The notes under the pieces are model-generated. The model was not told where the DNA came from, searched no databases, and was given only the letters and a program-made list of their open reading frames with translations. This document shows, in pieces, positions 62,885 to 64,000 of a DNA stretch of 64,000 bases. Source of the DNA: Lama guanicoe. Taxonomy: Eukaryota. A program made the translations under genes and the position numbers. The DNA lies in assembly GCA_013239625.1 (NCBI GenBank), contig MU053513.1, positions 2,964,927-3,028,926 of the forward strand, given 5' to 3'. Numbering within the stretch: position 1 is the first letter of the stretch; every line of letters starts with the position of its first letter.

Positions 62885-63618
62885 AAAACTTAAAAACAAC
62901 CATTTTCTTGGCTCACAATTCTGTGGAACAGCAATTTGGTATGGGCCTTGCCTACAGCCACCTGCTGGCTCAGCAGGACCTGGTTTGTTTAAGGTGACCT
63001 CTGTGATGGTTAATCTTATTTGTCAACTTGACTAAGCCGTGGGGTGCCCAGATATTTGGTAAACATTATCCTGAGCGTGTGTGTGAGGGTATTTCTAGAG
63101 GCGATTAACATTTGATAGGTAGACTGAGTAAAGCAGATTGCCCTCCCCAGTGTGGGTGGGCCTAACCCAGCCCACTGAAGGCCTAAATAGAACAAGAAAG
63201 CTAGGTAAGAGAGAATCTGCTGTCTCTGACTGTACTGGAGCTGGGACATCAGTCTCCTTCTGCCTTTGGAATCAGACTCAGGCTGGAACTATACCATCAG
63301 ATCTCCTGCGTCTCCAGTATGCCAACTGGAGATTCTGGGACTTCTTGGCCTCCATAATTGCACAAGACAATTCCTTATAATAAATATCTTTATAAATCTA
63401 GATCTACATATACCCTATTGGTTCTGTTTCTCTGGAGGACCCAGACTATTATAGCCTCACTCATATATTAAGGGATTGGTACTTGCTCTTGGCTGAATCT
63501 CCCAAACCATGAGGTTTTTCACCCTAGCCCTGTGTTCCCAGGGTAAGAGAGGAAGCACTGGGGCCTCTCGAGACCCTGGCTTATAAATTGCAAAATGTCA
63601 CTTTCACCACAGTCACTC
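62885..63618 (-). mobile_element. MaLR LTR (MLT1F/G/H-like), split by MLT2
   Basis: 'cttaaaaacaaccattt...ctcacaattctgtgg' before and 'gcctcactcata...ggaagc...ggcctct...tgtcactttcaccaca' after the MLT2. Confidence 0.65.
63002..63453 (+). mobile_element. MLT2 (ERVL) solo LTR, MLT2B/D-like, full length
   Basis: 'tgtgatggttaat...tgtcaacttgact', 'gtagactgagtaaagcagattgccctcc', 'cctattggttctgtttctctggag'; TSD acctc/gcctc. Confidence 0.93.
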
Positions 63619-64000
63619 TGAGACAGGACGGAAAGGGGCAGGGCACAATCACTCAAGGAATGACAGCAATTTAACACTGAAACAGTGGAAGAGTCACCAA
63701 AATGGTGGAAGATTCAACTCCTGGTTAGCCTTGAGGATTAAGAGGTTTGACTTCTAGTAGACCTTGAGCTTCATTATATGCTCATTGTAACAGTGTGATC
63801 AATAACATGCCCCCAGGCACCACGGCAGCCCAAGGCTAACTGCAAAAGGCCAATGAATGGGCCGTGGCCCAGTTCCTGGGAATCCCAGCCCCTTCCCCAG
63901 GGCAGTTGGAATGGTCCCACCTGTAGGCGAGTGAAGCTACTGAGCCCATAAAAACTGGCAACACCACACCTCACCACCCCTTTTTCACTCTCTCCCCTTT
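63619..64000 (+). mobile_element. ERV1 LTR, MER41-like, running off the window end
   Basis: Starts 'tgagacagg'; 'gacttctagtagaccttgagcttcattatatgctcattgtaa', 'ggcccagttcctgggaatcccagccccttcc' and TATA-like 'cccataaaaa' match recalled cetartiodactyl MER41-type LTRs. Confidence 0.7.

Noticed and set aside
1..64000. Supplied ORF track as protein-coding genes
   Set aside because: All are 165 aa or shorter, many have non-ATG starts, they overlap on both strands, and none is a recognisable cellular protein; this is expected noise in mammalian non-coding DNA
1..64000. Prokaryotic or viral systems (CRISPR array, operon, defence island, intact ERV genes)
   Set aside because: No regularly spaced repeat-spacer array, no dense coding, no gag/pol/env ORFs; the repeat content is eutherian
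1..64000. Naming the host gene
   Set aside because: No candidate exon translates to a peptide I recognise, so any symbol would be a guess

Overview
This is mammalian genomic DNA, not prokaryotic: AT-rich, CpG-depleted, with much of it made of decayed interspersed repeats. These include over 20 MIR fragments, L2, CR1/L3, L1M-type 3' ends, MLT1/MLT2 LTRs, a MER41-like LTR, and hAT and Tc2 MITEs. Three younger L1 3' ends match the camelid-type L1 tail as I recall it, and no Alu, B1, BovB/Bov-tA, PRE-1 or Can-SINE is visible, so a camelid (camel/alpaca) genome is my inference. I recognise no protein-coding gene, rRNA, tRNA or CRISPR array, and the supplied ORFs look like chance or repeat-derived frames. 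About 11 of 13 L1 fragments lie on the + strand, which suggests the window is intronic to a large gene transcribed on the - strand; I cannot name it. I did not find a demonstrable new biological system. The best leads are an orphan CpG island that may be an alternative first exon (23.2-23.4 kb), several minus-strand exon candidates (best 4271-4516), a motif-dense block with nested inverted repeats (49.7-49.9 kb), an unexplained 25-bp direct repeat 3348 bp apart, convergent CTCF-like sites, and a MER41-like LTR with an altered STAT motif. Repeat family names come from recalled consensus sequences, not a database search, and boundaries are approximate (about 20-30 bp) unless TSDs are quoted.
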